Below, piece after piece: positions 59,732-64,000 of a DNA stretch of 64,000 bases. This DNA is from Mobula birostris (lineage: Eukaryota), in the NCBI RefSeq assembly GCF_030028105.1, contig NC_092376.1:53740935-53804934 (forward strand), given 5' to 3'. Every line of letters begins with the position of its first letter. Position 1 is the first letter of the stretch. Position numbers and translations under genes: made by a program. The notes beneath the pieces were generated by a model. That model did no database searches. It saw only the letters and a list, made by a program, of their open reading frames with translations, and was not told the origin of the DNA.

Positions 59732-61456
59732 CAGAACCTATATAAAGTATTCACCCAACCCCCCCAGAAGTTTTTATGTTTTATTGTTTTACAACATTGA
59801 GTCAATGGATTTAATTTGGCTTTTTTGACACTGATCAACAGAAAAAGACTCTTTCATGTCAAAGTGAAAACAAATCTCTACACACTGATCTAAATTAATT
59901 ACAAATATAAAACACAAAATAATTGATTGCATAAGTATTCACCCTCTTCAATCCGTATTTAGTAGATGCACCTCTAGCAGTAATTACTGCCTTGAGTCTG
60001 TGTGGATAGGTCCCTATCAGCACTGCACATCTGGACACTGCAATTTTTCCCCATTCTTCTTTACAAAACTGCTCCAGCTCTGCCTGATTACATGGGGATT
60101 ATGAGTAAACAGCTATTTTCAAGTCCATGCACAAATTCTCAATTGGACTGAGGTCTGGAATCTGACTTGGCCACTCCAGAACATTAATTTTGTTGTTTTT
60201 AAGCCATTCCTGCGTAGCTTTGGCTTTATGCTTGAGATCATTGTCTTGCTGGAAAACAAATCTTCTCCCAAATTGCAGTTCCCTTGCAGACTGTGAATCA
60301 GATTTTCCTGCAGAATTTCCCTGTATTTTGCTGCATTCGTGTTACCCTCTACCTTCACAAGCCTTCCAGGGCCTGCTGCAGTGAAGCATCCCCACAGCAT
60401 GATGCAGCCACCACCATGCTTCATGGTAGGGATGGTGTAGTTTTGATGATGTGAGGTGTTTGGCTTATGCCAAACACAGCATTTAGTCTGATGGCCTAAA
60501 AGCTTAATTTTGGTTTCATCAGATGATAGAACCTCCTTCCAGCTGACTTCAGAGTCTTCCACATGCCTTCTGGTAAACTCTAGCTGAGATTTCATGTGAG
60601 TGATTTTCAACAGTGGCTTCCTCTTTGCCACCCTCCCATAAAGCTGCAACGGGTGAAGCACCCGGCTAACATTTATTGTATGCGCAGTGTCTCCTATCAT
60701 AGCCACTGTAGCTTGAAACTCCTCCAGAGTTGTCACAGGTCTCTTGGTGGCCTCCCTCATTAGTCCCCTTCTTGCACGGTCACTCAGTTTTTAAAGACCA
60801 CACACTCTAGGCAGATTTACAGCTGTGCCATATTCTTTCCATTGCTTGATGATTGATTTAACTGTACACCAAGGGATATTCAGTGAAGTGGACATTTTCT
60901 TGTATCCAATCTCCTGACTTGTGCTTTTCAATAACCTTCTCGTGGAGTTGCTTGGAGTGATCGTTTGTCTTCATGGTGTAATTTTTGCGAGGATATCGAC
61001 TCACTCATGGTGTAGTTTTTGCGAGGATATCGACTCACTCATGGTGTAGTTTTTGCGAGGATATCGACTCACCAGTAGTTGGAACTTCCAGATACAGGTG
61101 TACTTTTACTACAATCAGTTGAAACACCTTGACTGCACACAAATCTCCAAAAACAAATCTCCATTTAACCAATTATATGACTTCTAAGACCAATTGGCTG
61201 CACCAGTGATGATCTGATGGGTCATATTAAGGGGGAGGGGAGGAGTGAATACTCATGTAAACATTCATTTGGTGTTTTATTTTTAAAAATTAATTTAGAA
61301 CACTTTGTAGAGATCTGTTTTCACTTTGAAACTAAAGAGTTTTTTTCCTGTTAATCAGTATCAAAAAGGCGAAATTAAATCCACTGTGATTCAATGTTGT
61401 AAAACAATAAAACATGAAAATTTCCAAGGGGGGATGAATAGTTTTTATAGGCACTG
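59732..61456 (-). mobile_element. Full-length Tc1 (IR/DR type) transposon with decayed transposase
   Basis: TA on both sides (59730-31, 61457-58); ~210-bp TIRs with internal aagtattcac direct repeats; ORF 60119-60760 with [12 protein letters not shown] and [13 protein letters not shown]. Confidence 0.93.
60971..61072. repeat. 34-bp tandem triplication inside Tc1
   Basis: tcatggtgta(a/g)tttttgcgaggatatcgactcac at 60971, 61005 and 61039. Confidence 0.95.
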
Positions 61457-62189
61457 TACTTATGTCTGTGAGGATAAGCATGGCTCCAATGTCATATTCA
61501 AGTTTGCTGATGACACCAGTGTCATAGGCTGAATCAAAGGTGGTGACAAGTCAGCATATAGGAGGGAGATTGAAAATCTGGCTGAGTGGTCCCATAACAC
61601 CACTTCTCACTCAGTGTCAACAAGATGAAGGAGTTGATTATTATTGACTTCAGGAGGAGGAAACCAGAGGTCCGTGAGCCAGCCCTCAATGAGGCATCAG
61701 AGGTGGAGAGGGTCAACAACTTTAAGTTCCTCGGTGTTATCATTTCAGAGGACCTGTCCTGGGCCCAGCATGTTAGTGCAATTATGAAGAAAGCACATCA
61801 GTGCTTCTACTTCCTTAAAAGTTTGTGAAGATTCGGCATGACATCTAAAACTTTGACAAACTGCGATAGATGTGATGTGGAGAATATACTGAGTGGATGC
61901 ATCACTGCCTGATCTAGAAACACCAATGCCCTTGAAGGGAAAATCCCTCAAAAAGGTAGTAGATACCGCCCAATCCTTCACAGGTAAAATCCTCCCTATC
62001 AATGAGCACATCTACACAAAAATTTGCACGTTGATTGTTTGTCTATTGTTCTGGGTGTGGTCTTTCATTGGTTGAATTATGTTTCTTGGATTCACTAAGT
62101 ATGCCTGCAGGAAAACGAATCTCAGGATTATATATGGTGGCATATATGTACTTCGATAATAAACTTACTTTGAACTTTGAAGAATACAA

Positions 62190-62460
62190 AACATAGAACA
62201 GTACAGCACAGAAACAGACACTTTGGCCCATGGTGCCTGCGCTGAACACAATACCAGACTAAACTAGATCTCTTCGAACTGTACATACTCTTCTGTCACC
62301 TGCATAATCATATGCGTAAAAAACTTGCCCCACACATTATCCTTAATTTCCAAACACCTGCAATGCATGTCCATCAGTATGTACCGTTTCTATTTTGGGG
62401 AAAAAATTCTGACTGCCTACCCTGTCTATCCTTCTCATAGTTTTGTAAACTTCTATCAGA
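62190..62460 (-). mobile_element. CR1 3' end
   Basis: acatagaacagtacagcacagaaacag tail, similar to 8864 and 41909. Confidence 0.75.
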
Positions 62461-62482
62461 AGTGACAGCTGACACGAAAGCA

Positions 62483-62660
62483 GTGCGACTCATCACCAGC
62501 AATGATGATGTCATGACCTTGTGGGGCTCATCACCAGCAATGATGATGTCATGACCTTGTGGGGCTCATCACCAGCAATGATGATGTCATGACCTTGTGC
62601 GACTCATCACCAGCAATGATGATGTCATGACCTTGTGGGGCTCATCACCAACAATGATGA
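62483..62660 (+). repeat. 38-bp tandem array (4 full plus 1 partial) at a LINE 5' truncation point
   Basis: gtg(cga/ggg)ctcatcaccagcaatgatgatgtcatgacctt at 62483, 62521, 62559, 62597; the partial copy at 62635 runs into the LINE. Confidence 0.93.
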
Positions 62661-63540
62661 GACGGTCTACAGAGAGGAGGTGGAAGAGCTCGATGCCCGG
62701 TGCCAGGCAAATAACGTCTTCTTCAAGATAAAGGAAATGGTTACCAACTTCAAGACAACTCTCCATCACTCATACCCCTCTTTATATTGGTGGAAACAGC
62801 AGTGGATACTGTGAGCAGTTTCAAACTCCTAGAAGTATACATCTCACACAACCTCTCATGGTCCAAGAACACATTCTACACAATCAAGAAAGCTCACAAA
62901 CACCTCTATGCTCTGCAGAGGTTGAAGAGAGCTGGACAATGCACATCTATACATACATCCTTCTACAGATGTACAGTAGAGAGCATCCTCAGATGCTGCA
63001 TTACTGCATGGTAAAGAAACTGCACTGCAGCAGACAAGAAGGCTCCACAATGGGTAGTCAAAACTACCCAATGCATCACCAGCATCACCCTACTTTCATC
63101 TTCAAGGACGTATACACAGAAAGGTGCTTTAAAAGGACCAGTAACATCATGAAGGATCCCACCCACCCTGCTCATGCGCTGTTTGTCCCACTCCCATCAG
63201 GGAGGAGATTGCTTAGCATCCAGACCAGAACCACCAAACTCAAAATCAGTTACTTTCTCCAAGCAGTGAGGCTGATCAACATCTCCAGCCACTAATTCAC
63301 CTCTCCCCACTCATTCCCCACCAGCATCACTATTTTTATCTCCTGTCAGTCACCTTTTGCAGAGACACTCCTGTACCTAGTATCACTTTATAGACATATA
63401 ATCGTCTATGTTTATAAGCTGTATGTATTTATACTGTATTTATTGTGTTTTTAATGTGCTGCTTCGGATCCAGAATTACAACTATTTCATTCCCATTTAC
63501 ACTTGTCTACTTGAAATGACATTAAACAATCTTGAATCTC
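62635..63540 (+). mobile_element. Rex1/Babar-like LINE 3' end, same family as 27735-29800
   Basis: [17 protein letters not shown]; SFYRCTVESILRCCITAW; HPAHALFVPLPSGRR; tail attaaacaatcttgaatct. Confidence 0.88.
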
Positions 63541-63564
63541 CCAGCCTCCAACACACAACAGAAA

Positions 63565-63710
63565 GAAAAACCCAACCTCTTCCTAAGGCTCACACCCTCT
63601 TATCCTTACAGCATCCTGATAAACCTCTTTCACATCCTTTCTAAAGGCACCACACCCTTCCTGTAATGGAGCATCTAGAATTGCAAAGAATGCTCAAGTG
63701 AGGCCAAAAA
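63565..63710 (-). mobile_element. Small degraded CR1 fragment
   Basis: acacccttcctgtaatggagcatctagaattgcaaagaatgctcaagtgagg is the reverse of the HLE-C-QFW-PHYRK motif. Confidence 0.55.
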
Positions 63711-64000
63711 CTCTCAATAAATAGCAGTTCTCAGAAAGGATTACAACTTTATTGTGAGAGTTGAAAAAATAAAATTGGCTAAAGTTATTGTTTCAGTTCT
63801 ATTTTGTCTTTGTTTTCCCCCACAAAGTCCATAATAATAAATTTTATTCAGTAGAGATGATCTGAGATTTTCTTTTGCCTTGAAGTGCCTAATCTCTGGC
63901 CATTTGTGTCTGTCAATGCTGTTCCATTCTTTTCCTTTTATTTATATTTTCCTGCCTGATCGGCATATCCCAGTAGGCCAAGATCATCCAGACTTCACAA

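Larger units (their letters stand above)
59605..62180 (+). mobile_element. Rex1/Babar-like LINE 3' part interrupted by Tc1
   Basis: STGAPQGCVLSLQLYSLY before 59730 continues TYVC...FKFADDTSVIG after 61458; tail ataaacttactttgaactttga. Confidence 0.88.

Noticed and set aside
36000-64000. Upstream SH3RF3 exon for the end of the second SH3 domain (RRVDENWAEG-type)
   Set aside because: Not found by eye or in the ORF track; probably beyond base 64000, though a ~100-bp exon could have been missed.

Overview
Vertebrate genomic DNA, most likely a cartilaginous fish such as a ray (inferred from the repeat families, not proven). The whole window lies inside one minus-strand gene, SH3RF3 (POSH2, RING/SH3 E3 ligase scaffold). 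Five internal coding exons are present (35616-35969, 21974-22080, 6012-6182, 5524-5768, 3401-3726), all with GT-AG boundaries and compatible phases. The introns are filled with nested transposable elements: CR1 LINEs (one near full length), Rex1/Babar-like LINEs, Tc1 and Chapaev-like DNA transposons, V-SINEs, tRNA-derived SINEs, a Gypsy/Mag-like LTR family and many Penelope-like element (PLE) ends. Three observations stand out. (1) An LTR retrotransposon (7454-15667, GCAGG target-site duplication) has lost its pol region and instead carries an intron-less internal fragment of host RBM25 mRNA, later split by two CR1 insertions. (2) About ten PLE ends reconstruct a minimal hammerhead ribozyme. 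(3) A ~500-bp-arm PLE fold-back contains a ~255-bp segment that also occurs about 1.2-2 kb away. All family and gene calls rest on motif recognition from memory; no database searches were run.
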